DNA from: Octopus bimaculoides
Taxonomy: Eukaryota
DNA: 38,888 nucleotides
NCBI RefSeq assembly: GCF_001194135.2
Contig: NC_068992.1
Location: 41,513,561 to 41,552,448, forward strand
Reading direction: 5' to 3'
The translations under genes were made by a program, and so were the position numbers. Of the stretch, positions 21,365 to 34,028 are shown piece after piece (position 1 is the first letter of the stretch; every line of letters starts with the position of its first letter). The notes beneath the pieces were generated by a model. The model was given only the letters and a program-made list of their open reading frames with translations. It was not told the DNA's origin and did no database searches.

Positions 21365-24061
21365 ACACATTAACGATATTATGTGAAATGAATGAATATA
21401 TTTTTAAAATGGTATCATAGTTTCTCTATAAATTTACACTTCATTTTATTTTCACCGAGCAAGCTATAGAATGTAGCACAAGCGCTCAGCTGTAAACGTA
21501 CAGCTTCCTATAGCTGAAACAATTGTAAGCTAATGAATGTGATTATGTAACTCCAGTTCCTTTGTCGTTATTAATTGATATTGTGCTCACTACTCTCTCG
21601 ACACTTTAACGTGTTAGTATATTATCGCTATACGTAAACAGATTGTTATATATATNNNNNNNNNNNNNNNNNNNNNNNNNNNNNNNNNNNNNNNNNNNNN
21701 NNNNNNNNNNNNNNNNNNNNNNNNNNNNNNNNNNNNNNNNNNNNNNNNNNNNNNNNNNNNNNNNNNNNNNNNNNNNNNNNNNNNNNNNNNNNNNNNNNNN
21801 NNNNNNNNNNNNNNNNNNNNNNNNNNNNNNNNNNNNNNNNNNNNNNNNNNNNNNNNNNNNNNNNNNNNNNNNNNNNNNNNNNNNNNNNNNNNNNNNNNNN
21901 NNNNNNNNNNNNNNNNNNNNNNNNNNNNNNNNNNNNNNNNNNNNNNNNNNNNNNNNNNNNNNNNNNNNNNNNNNNNNNNNNNTCTTAAGCAAGCAATGAA
22001 CAAAATAAACAAAATGAATGAATTCAATATAAATTCATACCATTATAAAAATCGAAGAAAACCTTAAATCGAAAAGTGGATTCAAAATACATATTGTAAA
22101 TAATTATATACGAAATATAATTCAATTTATATATTAAAATTAAAATTAAAATATACAACAGTATATACGCATACTAGACCATCTATGATATACATATATA
22201 CATTAAAATACCCAGATGCATGCACACAGACTACATACAAATACAGGTATATATATGTAAGACATAAATATACGCACAAATACACATATACACATGTACA
22301 TATGTGTACGCAACCATGCCCGCATAGGAAAATCACTTGGTTTATACATATAGAAGTTATAACAGACAAGCTAGATGAGAAGTATATTAAACGTAGAGAG
22401 CGGGAAGAAAAAGGAAAAGAAGGATCTTAGACGTAACAGTTAGCGAGGGGAAGTGGTTAGTAAGGGGGATAGAAGAGGAACGCATTGTTACATGACGCTA
22501 TACAAGTAACGAATAGGGAGAGAAAAATACTTCTCGTAAGGAAAGAAAAAAGAAAGATAGATAGGTGTTGGAATATGTGTAACAAACGTACACAAAATAA
22601 AAATACATATATATATGTGTGTATACAAAATTGTATAAATACACATATAAGATCACATATCATTATATAGAAATATGCACGTAAATACACATCCACACAA
22701 ATATAAGTGTATACATGCATACATATAAATCCATGTGTGTATGTGCACAAGTATAAACATATAAGCTTACTTACACATATACATAGACGCACACACACGA
22801 ATACATATGTATGCCAACAATATAGGCATCCACATAAAAACGCATTTAGGTCCTGACGTATATATACAAATAACTTTTTAAAAAATTGCTGAGTGTATAA
22901 TAATAAAATTCGGATAAAAGACATACAAAATAGAATACTCTATATCGAATTATCTATAAATTAAACGATTAAATGCGTTTATAAAATACAACAAAAAGGA
23001 AATAAAATAAAATAAAAATAGAATCTTAAACATGAAAATAAAATATTCATTTAACAGCCGAAGGTTTTCTTAAGAAATATGTCGAAATAACACAATATAT
23101 TTGCGATGCGAAATAAATCATGTATCATAAGATACAAATCCAACAGTGTTATTAAAAATTAGTTCAAAAATCAAAAAGATATATACTATCTATATGGTAT
23201 ATTGTTAGCCGACATTTTATACACACACACACATATATATTTATATATACATACATACAAACATACATATATGCATAAATACATACATACATACATACAT
23301 ATATATATATATATANNNNNNNNNNNNNNNNNNNNNNNNNNNNNNNNNNNNNNNNNNNNNNNNNNNNNNNNNNNNNNNNNNNNNNNNNNNNNNNNNNNNN
23401 NNNNNNNNNNNNNNNNNNNNNNNNNNNNNNNNNNNNNNNNNNNNNNNNNNNNNNNNNNNNNNNNNNNNNNNNNNNNNNNNNNNNNNNNNNNNNNNNNNNN
23501 NNNNNNNNNNNNNNNNNNNNNNNNNNNNNNNNNNNNNNNNNNNNNNNNNNNNNNNNNNNNNNNNNNNNNNNNNNNNNNNNNNNNNNNNNNNNNNNNNNNN
23601 NNNNNNNNNNNNNNNNNNNNNNNNNNNNNNNNNNNNNNNNNNNNNNNNNNNNNNNNNNNNNNNNNNNNNNNNNNNNNNNNNNNNNNNNNNNNNNNNNNNN
23701 NNNNNNNNNNNNNNNNNNNNNNNNNNNNNNNNNNNNNNNNNNNNNNNNNNNNNNNNNNNNNNNNNNNNNNNNNNNNNNNNNNNNNNNNNNNNNNNNNNNN
23801 NNNNNNNNNNNNNNNNNNNNNNNNNNNNNNNNNNNNNNNNNNNNNNNNNNNNNNNNNNNNNNNNNNNNNNNNNNNNNNNNNNNNNNNNNNNNNNNNNNNN
23901 NNNNNNNNNNNNNNNNNNNNNNNNNNNNNNNNNNNNNNNNNNNNNNNNNNNNNNNNNNNNNNNNNNNNNNNNNNNNNNNNNNNNNNNNNNNNNNNNNNNN
24001 NNNNNNNNNNNNNNNNNNNNNNNNNNNNNNNNNNNNNNNNNNNNNNNNNNNNNNNNNNNTT

Positions 24062-25388
24062 ATACTAGACAATATTTTACCTCTTATAATTCCTAATTTA
24101 TCCTTAAAGTTATGGAATAATACCGAAGAAGCACTAAACTGGTTTAAATCTATTGACAGCACTGGTAACTTTTCTTTTATTCAGTTTGATATAAATAACT
24201 ATTATTCTAGCATATCCCCTATTCTCCTAAATAAGGCTCTCATTTTTGCTATGAATCGCTCCCTCATTACTAAGGATAAGATAGACATTATTTTGTTAGC
24301 TAGAAGAACTATTATTGAATTTGATAGCAAGCTCTGGACTAGAGCCGATACCTCAGATAATTTTGATATTCCAATGGGGTCGAGCGATTAGGCTGAGGTT
24401 ACGAATCTAGTAGGATCTTACCTCTTATATTGCTTAAACGAAGAAATCCCGGAGCTAAAAGGCGGTCTGTATAGGGATGATGCTTTATTCATCATCCCTA
24501 GTAATAATAAATCTTTCATTGAGAGAATAAGTAAGAAAATTAGGAAATTTTTTAGAAGTTTTAACTTAAATATTACATTCGAATATGGCAATAAGATTGT
24601 AAATTTTTTAGATACCACTCTTAACATAGAAGCTAGATTATACCACCCATATAGAAAAGAAAATGAAGTTACTAGATATGTAAGTAGATTTTCCAATCAT
24701 CCACCAAATGTATTAAATTCTTTAGTTAAAAGTATTACCGAGAGAATTTCTAAATTATCTTCCCACATTGATATATTTAATTCTAATTCAAACTACTATA
24801 ATGTGGCTTTGTCTAAAGCTGGATATGGCCAAAAAATGTCTTTCCTTAGTCCTGGTAGGACATCTCTCCTTGATGCAGATAATAATAATGATAGTAATGA
24901 TAATAATAATAATAACAACAATAATAATGATAATAATAATAATAATAACCATAGACGTTATAACAAACCTAATAACTTAAATAGTAGTAATAATGGGCCT
25001 AATAAAAAGCAACCCTTTATGCCTAAAAATTTAGCTAATAGGAAAAGTAATAAAGTACTTTTTAATAGTAAACTACATGCTAACACTAGTAATAAACCAA
25101 TGTTAGTAGACAGTAATGGTGAAACCAATGATATAAATAAAAAGTATCCCGCATCTAAAAGAACTACCAATCTTAATAATAACATTGCTCTGAGAAGTAA
25201 TAGTAATCAAAGTATACCCCATACTAACCCACACAATAAATTTAAGAGAAAAAATAAAAACTCTATCTGGTTAAATATCCCCTTCAACTGTGCTATATCC
25301 ACAAATATTTAGAAAAAATTTATGAATATTTTACAAAAAAATGTCCCTTCTTCCCACAGACATAGTAGAATTTTCTCTTGTCATACAG
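24062..25388 (+). pseudogene. Naiad/Chlamys-clade PLE reverse transcriptase (single frame, two TAG stops)
   Basis: LWNNTEEALNWF, FIQFDINNYYSSIS, FDIPMGSSD*AEVTNLVG, GLYRDDAL, VNFLDTTL, SNHPPNVL..ITERISKLSS, ALSKAGY, then IWLNIPF...TNI*KKF...HSRIF. Stops at 24389-24391 and 25310-25312; no frameshift. Confidence 0.88.
24881..24950 (+). repeat. In-frame (AAT/AAC/GAT)n triplet repeat encoding poly-Asn
   Basis: Encodes NNNDSNDNNNNNNNNNDNNNNNN in the RT frame. Confidence 0.95.
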
Positions 25389-26162
25389 NNNNNNNNNNNN
25401 NNNNNNNNNNNNNNNNNNNNNNNNNNNNNNNNNNNNNNNNNNNNNNNNNNNNNNNNNNNNNNNNNNNNNNNNNNNNNNNNNNNNNNNNNNNNNNNNNNNN
25501 NNNNNNNNNNNNNNNNNNNNNNNNNNNNNNNNNNNNNNNNNNNNNNNNNNNNNNNNNNNNNNNNNNNNNNNNNNNNNNNNNNNNNNNNNNNNNNNNNNNN
25601 NNNNNNNNNNNNNNNNNNNNNNNNNNNNNNNNNNNNNNNNNNNNNNNNNNNNNNNNNNNNNNNNNNNNNNNNNNNNNNNNNNNNNNNNNNNNNNNNNNNN
25701 NNNNNNNNNNNNNNNNNNNNNNNNNNNNNNNNNNNNNNNNNNNNNNNNNNNNNNNNNNNNNNNNNNNNNNNNNNNNNNNNNNNNNNNNNNNNNNNNNNNN
25801 NNNNNNNNNNNNNNNNNNNNNNNNNNNNNNNNNNNNNNNNNNNNNNNNNNNNNNNNNNNNNNNNNNNNNNNNNNNNNNNNNNNNNNNNNNNNNNNNNNNN
25901 NNNNNNNNNNNNNNNNNNNNNNNNNNNNNNNNNNNNNNNNNNNNNNNNNNNNNNNNNNNNNNNNNNNNNNNNNNNNNNNNNNNNNNNNNNNNNNNNNNNN
26001 NNNNNNNNNNNNNNNNNNNNNNNNNNNNNNNNNNNNNNNNNNNNNNNNNNNNNNNNNNNNNNNNNNNNNNNNNNNNNNNNNNNNNNNNNNNNNNNNNNNN
26101 NNNNNNNNNNNNNNNNNNNNNNNNNNNNNNNNNNNNNNNNNNNNNNNNNNNNNNNNNNNNNN

Positions 26163-26450
26163 AATAGATTAGACCTCAGGGTATCGTGTGTACACTGCTC
26201 TACTCGCACTTTTAAATTTAAAAAAAAAAGTTTTTTATAAAGTAGTTAAAATTATCAAATTATAGTATTTTAACTTCCACCATGGTAATCTAGGGCTATT
26301 AATTAGCACATACTTTAAATTGGAAATTGAACCTTTATAACTTATATTCCTGATCTCTCACCTTTACATTTAATCTACTTGTGATAAATAATGATTTAAA
26401 ATATACTCCATAGAAGATATTCTTTCACACCACTTCTGCTAATGCTGTTA
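26163..26450 (+). mobile_element. Degenerate GIY-YIG remnant, probably the 3' part of the same Naiad-like element
   Basis: CSTRTFK...KSF and TSTMVI*GY*LAHTLNWKL resemble the T-x-x-FK-x-R...SF and T-x-LS-x-x-IW-x-LK...I-x-W-x-I motifs. Heavily decayed. Confidence 0.45.
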
Positions 26451-29400
26451 GTTTCTCAATATGTATCTTAACCCTATATAGCTTATAAGAATAGAAAATT
26501 TTCATACGTTTTTACGTTATTTAATGCTTGACTTTAAAAGAATCATTATTGTTGTTGTTATTTACATTATTCCAGGGCTTACAACAATAGTGTCTTGTTT
26601 ATTTTGTATTTTTTACTTAAATAAATCTAATCCTTATGCCCAAAATTAATCTAATCCTTATTCAATTAATATTTTTTAATTCGCCCATGTTAATCTTGAA
26701 ACAAATCCATGATTAATGAAACTTTTAATCGATCATCAGGTTCCTGTATTGGATGTCCTTGTTAATTCCTAATATCCTTTTTCTTTTTCTGTCCCTTAAA
26801 CCTTAGTAAACCCATAAACTAGTATAAATCCTATACTAATTTTTCTTCACATTATAAAAATAAAGCTTAAATTTTATGTGCCTTCTAAATAGTATTATTA
26901 TATATATCAGCTTAAATTTTAAAATAATTTTTTTAAATAATTCAAAATTATCTTCATGAACCCAATATACTTAATATCCTTAGACTTTACACCTTATCTA
27001 TAGCCTCTGAATTCAATACTGACATTACTTCATGCTTTTTATTTTTATTAGCATATTTTATTAGCATACCTCTTACTGCTAAAATATTGGTTAAACTAAT
27101 ATTGATATCTGTAAAACAATTGATGCTCTATTTAGACTAAAAGCCCTGTTTAACCTATNNNNNNNNNNNNNNNNNNNNNNNNNNNNNNNNNNNNNNNNNN
27201 NNNNNNNNNNNNNNNNNNNNNNNNNNNNNNNNNNNNNNNNNNNNNNNNNNNNNNNNNNNNNNNNNNNNNNNNNNNNNNNNNNNNNNNNNNNNNNNNNNNN
27301 NNNNNNNNNNNNNNNNNNNNNNNNNNNNNNNNNNNNNNNNNNNNNNNNNNNNNNNNNNNNNNNNNNNNNNNNNNNNNNNNNNNNNNNNNNNNNNNNNNNN
27401 NNNNNNNNNNNNNNNNNNNNNNNNNNNNNNNNNNNNNNNNNNNNNNNNNNNNNNNNNNNNNNNNNNNNNNNNNNNNNNNNNNNNNNNNNNNNNNNNNNNN
27501 NNNNNNNNNNNNNNNNNNNNNNNNNNNNNNNNNNNNNNNNNNNNNNNNNNNNNNNNNNNNNNNNNNNNNNNNNNNNNNNNNNNNNNNNNNNNNNNNNNNN
27601 NNNNNNNNNNNNNNNNNNNNNNNNNNNNNNNNNNNNNNNNNNNNNNNNNNNNNNNNNNNNNNNNNNNNNNNNNNNNNNNNNNNNNNNNNNNNNNNNNNNN
27701 NNNNNNNNNNNNNNNNNNNNNNNNNNNNNNNNNNNNNNNNNNNNNNNNNNNNNNNTATATATATATATATGTACATGTGTGTGTATATGTGTGTAAGAAG
27801 TAAAAGTAATAATACGATGTTAAGTTAGGAAACGCGTTTCTATTGGTAATTTATTTTCTATTACGCCACGACTTTGCTGGTGTATATTGTCTTATTGAAC
27901 ATCAGCCTATATTATCGAAACGAATAAAATTATTGAACTTAGAATCAACATTCAAACTGTATTGTTCCCTATGACGACGACAACGATGACGACGACAATA
28001 AATCTTTACATCAACGAAAATTACATAAGAGATACGCCAATATTGTTTGCAGGAATATGAACGCGGCTACAAATGCAATCGATATTTCAAACGTTGATTC
28101 AATAAAGAGCTTGAGAAGGAAATATGAACTATTGGCAGGTGATCAAACACTAAATTCTTCATTGTTTTTTCATTATTATTTTCTTTAATCACTCCTCCCT
28201 TGTTTTTTTTCATTCCAGGTTGTTCTTCAACTTGTCATTGTGTGTAAATTTTATCACATGATCAACGAACTCTCAAATCTGTCTAAAAATTATATTTTCT
28301 TTTATATTTGCTAGTAAATCGCAAGAAAATATTTAGGCTTCATTCTTTTGTTCAAATAGTGAAACGTTTCTTTTTAATCTTTTGGAAATACAATAAAAAT
28401 AATAATATATTTTGTTTGTTTTATATATAATGTATCTGTAAATTTGACTCGCATTCCTTTGTTAAGCTTCTCGTATCATAGTGAGCAGGTGTATCTACAG
28501 GATTTATATAGAAATATTAATCTCACTAAAGGAAAACTACAGAAATCCGATGTATTTGATAATTATATTTTCGCATTAAATCTCGATGCGTTGAGTTTTT
28601 GTGACCTTTTCAACTCTTTTGTTCTGTCGAAGCTCATTTGTTGCGCTTTCAAAAAGCATGCTATTAATTCTATCGAAGGGAAAGTTCCTCGAAATAACTT
28701 GATGGATAAGTATGACGCTTAATTGGGTTCTTTTTCCTGTAAAATACCTTCAAATAAGTAATTTGAGGCAAATATTTACGAGGGGATACAGGTGTACTGT
28801 TCATTGTTATAAACAATTGTTGAATACTCATTAAAATTGTAGTTTATTATTATTACAGCGCCATGTGTGTGCGTGTGTGTGTGTGTGTGTGTGTGCGTGC
28901 GTGTGTGTGAGATTAATTTGAAAAGCGCCAGACAAGATGCTTTGCATGTCGGTATTTAGTGTTATGTATGTTCTACTCGTCACTTTACGTTTTGTGTTCA
29001 AATACTGCTGGAAGGTCAATAAAATTAAGTTGAAGTCAATTACTGAAGTACAGTGGTTAAGTAACTAGAATACGAGGTTGTTTTACTTGTCATAAAATAC
29101 TGATCAGATATAGGAGAGGTTAAAATAAACACTATATAATTAGTTCCTACGTACATTTCAACATTGTGGTTGCTTGGAACCCTGCATTTCATAAGTACAG
29201 TTGTATTTATAAAATGCCTCACCATTCTACCCAACTCTTGACATTAGTTCCTTGTAATTCAATGCAATAAAGNNNNNNNNNNNNNNNNNNNNNNNNNNNN
29301 NNNNNNNNNNNNNNNNNNNNNNNNNNNNNNNNNNNNNNNNNNNNNNNNNNNNNNNNNNNNNNNNNNNNNNNNNNNNNNNNNNNNNNNNNNNNNNNNNNNN

Positions 29401-29767
29401 NNNNNNNNNNNNNNNNNNNNNNNNNNNNNNNNNNNNNNNNNNNNNNNNNNNNNNNNNNNNNNNNNNNNNNNNNNNNNNNNNNNNNNNNNNNNNNNNNNNN
29501 NNNNNNNNNNNNNNNNNNNNNNNNNNNNNNNNNNNNNNNNNNNNNNNNNNNNNNNNNNNNNNNNNNNNNNNNNNNNNNNNNNNNNNNNNNNNNNNNNNNN
29601 NNNNNNNNNNNNNNNNNNNNNNNNNNNNNNNNNNNNNNNNNNNNNNNNNNNNNNNNNNNNNNNNNNNNNNNNNNNNNNNNNNNNNNNNNNNNNNNNNNNN
29701 NNNNNNNNNNNNNNNNNNNNNNNNNNNNNNNNNNNNNNNNNNNNNNNNNNNNNNNNNNNNNNNNNNN

Positions 29768-29860
29768 ACACACTTTACTTCACACAAGGACACATATGGA
29801 GACACACGTCCACATATATGGAGATGCACACCCATACATACAAACACGGTACATAGTTGC

Positions 29861-29897
<37 letters not shown>

Positions 29898-30049
29898 AGA
29901 CATGCACACACAGGGAGACAGAGGTACACATACACATATACAAACACACACAAACACGCACGCACACACATACATAAAAACACACAAACACGAATATGCA
30001 GAATACATACATACAAACGTACACACATAATTAGATGCATATGCACACA
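29768..30049. repeat. Near-identical duplicate of 33014-33406 (CA-rich block)
   Basis: Unique-looking parts (CTTTACTTCACACAAGGACACATATGGAGAC..., GGGAGACAGAGGTACAC..., GAATATGCAGAATAC...) match apart from microsatellite length and one A. Confidence 0.92.
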
Positions 30050-30387
30050 AACATACAAATGTAAAGCTAAATGAGACAATGTGCAATGTCATTTGGTTCA
30101 GCTATTGCAATGATGATTAATCCTCTGCTTAAAATTTGACCATCTATTGAGCAATTCCACTCCTCGTCATGCAGTCATTCGACTTTTATCTGAGTTCTTG
30201 GTACGAAAGGATTAAAGGAAATATTGCCACCCAATTACTCTCTGAGATCGATTGAAAAAGTGGAAGCCTTCTTCTGCACGTCTGTCTTGCTTACATGCAT
30301 CACACACCCCACAAACATTGAAAGTAAACAGTATCTGCATCGTCAACAATATAACCAGCCTTCAGCACTTGACAAATTGTTTCTCAA

Positions 30388-31075
30388 TAGTTTACTCTTT
30401 TACTTGTTTCAGCTCGATGGGTTGGTCCACATTGGAGCACCGCATTTGCGGTTGCCAAACTTTTAGTTACACTCCTTTAATATTTGGCTTTGGGCAAGGG
30501 AATTTAATTTTGCTGCCCACATTTGCGTTTCCTGTTGCAAAGGTAGCTCATCCTGGAATCTTGAGAGTAAGAGATCCAGTTCGGATTTAAAGGCATCAAC
30601 GTCTACCCTCATGTAGATCTCTCACATCTTTCAGGAGGATATTCAAGAACTGTGGACCCTTGCATCCCAAGCTATTGCAATATTTTCTCCTGTACATGGA
30701 TGACAATGGTGTTAATTTTGAGACTATGCTATAGTACCCTGTTCTGGTATTAGTTCAGCATTCGACTCTAAAGTTTGAGACAAGTCCTTTCAGGATCTTT
30801 CAGCTCTATATCACCGCATAACTTTCCCTCCTTCTCTGTTTAAACTGTTACAAGTTCCAGTCTGATAATCGAAGACGTTTTCTTGATGAGGAAATTCTGT
30901 GAGACAAACTGCATTAAGACGGGTACAAACGTATGGAGGGTACTAAAACAATTAACTTCACAACTATCTCGATCAAGGTTCAACCTCGCTACTCGACTCA
31001 TTGGACAGCTGGCTTCAACTATAGCCCTGCATTGATGAGGTTTTTGAAAGAAATGGAACAAAATTATATTGATGT
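30388..31075 (-). mobile_element. CR1/L2-like LINE 3' fragment (degenerate ORF2 C-terminus and tail)
   Basis: Frameshifted translation YS*SQL (cf. DYCSQLW), KRLRLSDWNL*QFKQRRRESYAVI*S*KILKGLVSN, NTRTG, NSLGCKGPQFLNIL, VDAFKSELDLLLSRFQDE, AAKLNSL; then tail GCGGTGCTCCA...CTGAAACAAGTAAAAGAGTAAA. Confidence 0.8.
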
Positions 31076-31096
31076 GACCACCGAAAATACAATTAG

Positions 31097-32227
31097 TGTT
31101 ATATCCCTATCTCCCGAGCTGGGTTTGAAACCGTATTCTGGTTGTTGGTGACAATGGCATTTCCTTTGTCTTATCAACAACCACAGCTATTTTTAGCGTA
31201 GGAATGATCGCTGCCCCTTTCCGGTCAGCGAAAGTTAAAAAAAGCAAGATAGGAATCGTACTGAACTGACCCAGATTTGGGAGGGGGTAAGGTAGCACGA
31301 TTGAGCTACGGTATTTTGTGATAAATACGAGAACAGGGATTGAAGCGGCGCAGTTGGCCGGAGCATTTGGCTTCAGTCGAGTGGTAGTAGTTAGCCGAAG
31401 CAGTTGGGGACAGCAGTTTGCCCGAGGAGTTGGTAGCAGTCCAGTTGGATGAAGTGAAGATGAACAATGATAAGTCTGACAGAGAAAGGCCGAGAGAGTG
31501 AGCGCCTATAGTCAGCAGAAATGCATAGAGTCTCAGAGAGAGAGGGACAGAGAGATGGGATTCTGGCAGCCAAAAGAGATAGCAGTAGTCAGTTGTTTAC
31601 CTCTTGGATTATAGTGTTTGTGAAAGAAAGGAAGTTATTACAGCAAAGGTTTGTCTAAATATTCTTCCAAGAAAATGTATTTGTCATTATGATGTATAAA
31701 GAAAAAGAACTGTTAACTGTGATGTTAACTTGAAAGAGAAAGAAAAGAAAGAACTTTTACATGTGTAACTGAAAAGAAAACGAAGAAAAGAAAGAACTTT
31801 TAAAGGACTCGATGTGCGAACTCTTGTTTGTGTAACGATTGCAAACCCTTGATTATGTTGCATGCGCCATTATATGCTATTGAATTGTTATGTAATGTAT
31901 TGATGATGTTTTGATCATGTAAAAAGAAAGGGTTAGTTCCCCTACCCAACGCATGGTCTCTGTGTTGTTTCTTCCTCCCCTCCTTTTGCCTGTGTTGTTC
32001 TCCGCTGCGTGCTCCGGCCGGGGCTTATTGGTGGCCGTGGCGAGCGTTCCGACTCACCGAGCGTGAACGTTCACGCGCGCGAGTTCTCTCTTCGTTAAGG
32101 AGGTGCTTCGCGTGCGGGCGTTCATAACAATATGTTATGGAACCGATTGTGTGGTGTTATTCGTTAAACCAATCAATATGTAAAGATCAATAAAATAAGT
32201 GTGATACAAATTAATAGGCTCGTTACA
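31097..32227 (+). mobile_element. Probable solo LTR
   Basis: Starts TGTTA, ends TTACA, flanked by ATTAG and ATTAA (4/5 match as a TSD). AATAAA lies ~35 bp before the end, with purine-rich and GC-rich internal blocks and no coding capacity. Boundaries are uncertain. Confidence 0.4.
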
Positions 32228-32335
32228 ATTAAGTAACGCTTCTTAAAGACGGACTCTTAGCAGGGTAGCTGTGCAGAAAACCGATCAGTAACTGGGCAAA
32301 CTAATGTTAAATATCTTCTATTTAACATTATTGTC

Positions 32336-32450
32336 TTGTTACTTGTTTCAGTCATTGGACGGCAGCCACGCTGGGGCACTGCACTGAAGTATTTTACTGA
32401 AGCAAATCGACCCCAGTACTTATGTAGTTTTCAAATCTGGCACAAGTCTG
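32336..32450 (-). mobile_element. Family B SINE tail fragment
   Basis: TTACTTGTTTCAGTCATTGGACGGCAGCCACGCTGGGGCACTGC...AAATCGACCCCAGTACTTA is the reverse complement of the SINE B tail. Confidence 0.75.
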
Positions 32451-32776
32451 GCACATATACCATCAGTTCCCTTTGCTGAATCGCTAAGCTGAGTTGACGT
32501 AAACGATCCAAAACTAGTTGTCAAATCAGTGGAATGACAAATGGACATACAAAGACACACAAACACAGACACACGCACATACACACGCATACACATACGC
32601 ACATACACACACACACGATTTCACACAAGGTTTATATTACATTGATGCTTAAATTTTGTATATCATCAGGATTTTGGAACAAGCACTTAAAATTCACTTT
32701 CGAAGAGCGTGGCTGAATGTTCGATTCCGAATGCATAGCATCTTCAAACAAGTATCATATTTTACCTTCTTTCCAG

Positions 32777-32826
32777 GAAAGTGCTATCATTTCAAAAGCC
32801 ATCGATATTTACCTGGCTGTGTGCAC
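32777..32826 (+). CDS. Candidate 50-nt internal exon
   Basis: Acceptor TTTTACCTTCTTTCCAG and perfect donor GTAAGT. All three frames are open (e.g. ESAIISKAIDIYLAVC); product unknown. Confidence 0.3.
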
Positions 32827-33106
32827 GTAAGTAGCTCTTAAGCCCGACCCCGTCTGTTTATCCTTCAAATATGACACTGAAAACGAATTTGCGGCTCTAT
32901 ACATGTCGATGATGAGAATTATAATGGTTGGTTAAACCCATTTTAGTTCGACAAATTTTTCCTCAGAACACATACGAAAATGAAGACTGAAATACATGAC
33001 CATATACACACACACACACTTTACTTCACACAAGGACACATATGGAGACACACGTCCACATATATGGAGATGCACACCCATACATACAAACACGGTACAT
33101 AGTTGC

Positions 33107-33156
<50 letters not shown>

Positions 33157-33995
33157 NNNNNNNNNNNNNNNNNNNNNNNNNNNNNNNNNNNNNNNNNNNN
33201 NNNNNNNNNNNNNNNNNNNNNNNNNNNNNNNNNNNNNNNNNNNNNNNNNNNNNNNNNNNNCACACACAGGGAGACAGAGGTACACATACACATATACAAA
33301 CACACACAAACACGCACGCACACACATACATAAAAAACACACAAACACGAATATGCAGAATACATACATACAAACGTACACACATAATTAGATGCATATG
33401 CACACATACATGCATACACACATGCATACGTACATGCATGCATTTATAGGCACACACACACACACGCACACAGTGATCCACACACATGCGCACAAACAAA
33501 CAAAAAGGAACGCAGTGTGAGTAACGGACAGAGTCAAAACTATTGAAAAGGTTGCAAGACACCACGAAAATTTTAGGAAAATAAAAAAACAAATAAGTGG
33601 AAATTTTACCGGTGAGTGTGTTAAATTATAAGGCACCAAAAGACATTTTATACTCATTTCTTATATATTCTGGATTGAATTCTGGAATCTGTCTGTATTC
33701 ACGAGGATCCCTTGAGCTCTGCATGTTCGATACGCTTTACCTCAAACTTCTTACAACCATATTTGATTATACTACGCTAGCCCCCTGAACTCTTTGCTAA
33801 GGATTCCAAATTTCTAATCCCCATATCAGATTCATCTAATTATCTCTCACTACGCCTTTGAATCATTTCTTTGGTTTATGAATTGGACCCTTGAAAGTTC
33901 GCCACGCATGCATACATACATACATACATACATAACCCCACCTCCTCTCAGTGGGACTATATATACATATATATACACATACATATATATGTGTG

Positions 33996-34028
<33 letters not shown>

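Noticed and set aside
21462-21515. AGCTGTA-AACG-TACAGCT hairpin with outer AGCTATAG arms
   Set aside because: Short and isolated, with no context supporting function.
24389-25312. Idea that the two TAG stops are rescued by A-to-I editing to Trp
   Set aside because: The aligned motif positions are normally small residues, not Trp; nonsense mutation is simpler.
26700-26735. CTGATGA on the minus strand near the Naiad remnant
   Set aside because: No downstream GAAA box and antisense to the element; not a hammerhead.
28444-28722. 92-aa plus-strand ORF
   Set aside because: No recognisable motif or convincing splice or start context.
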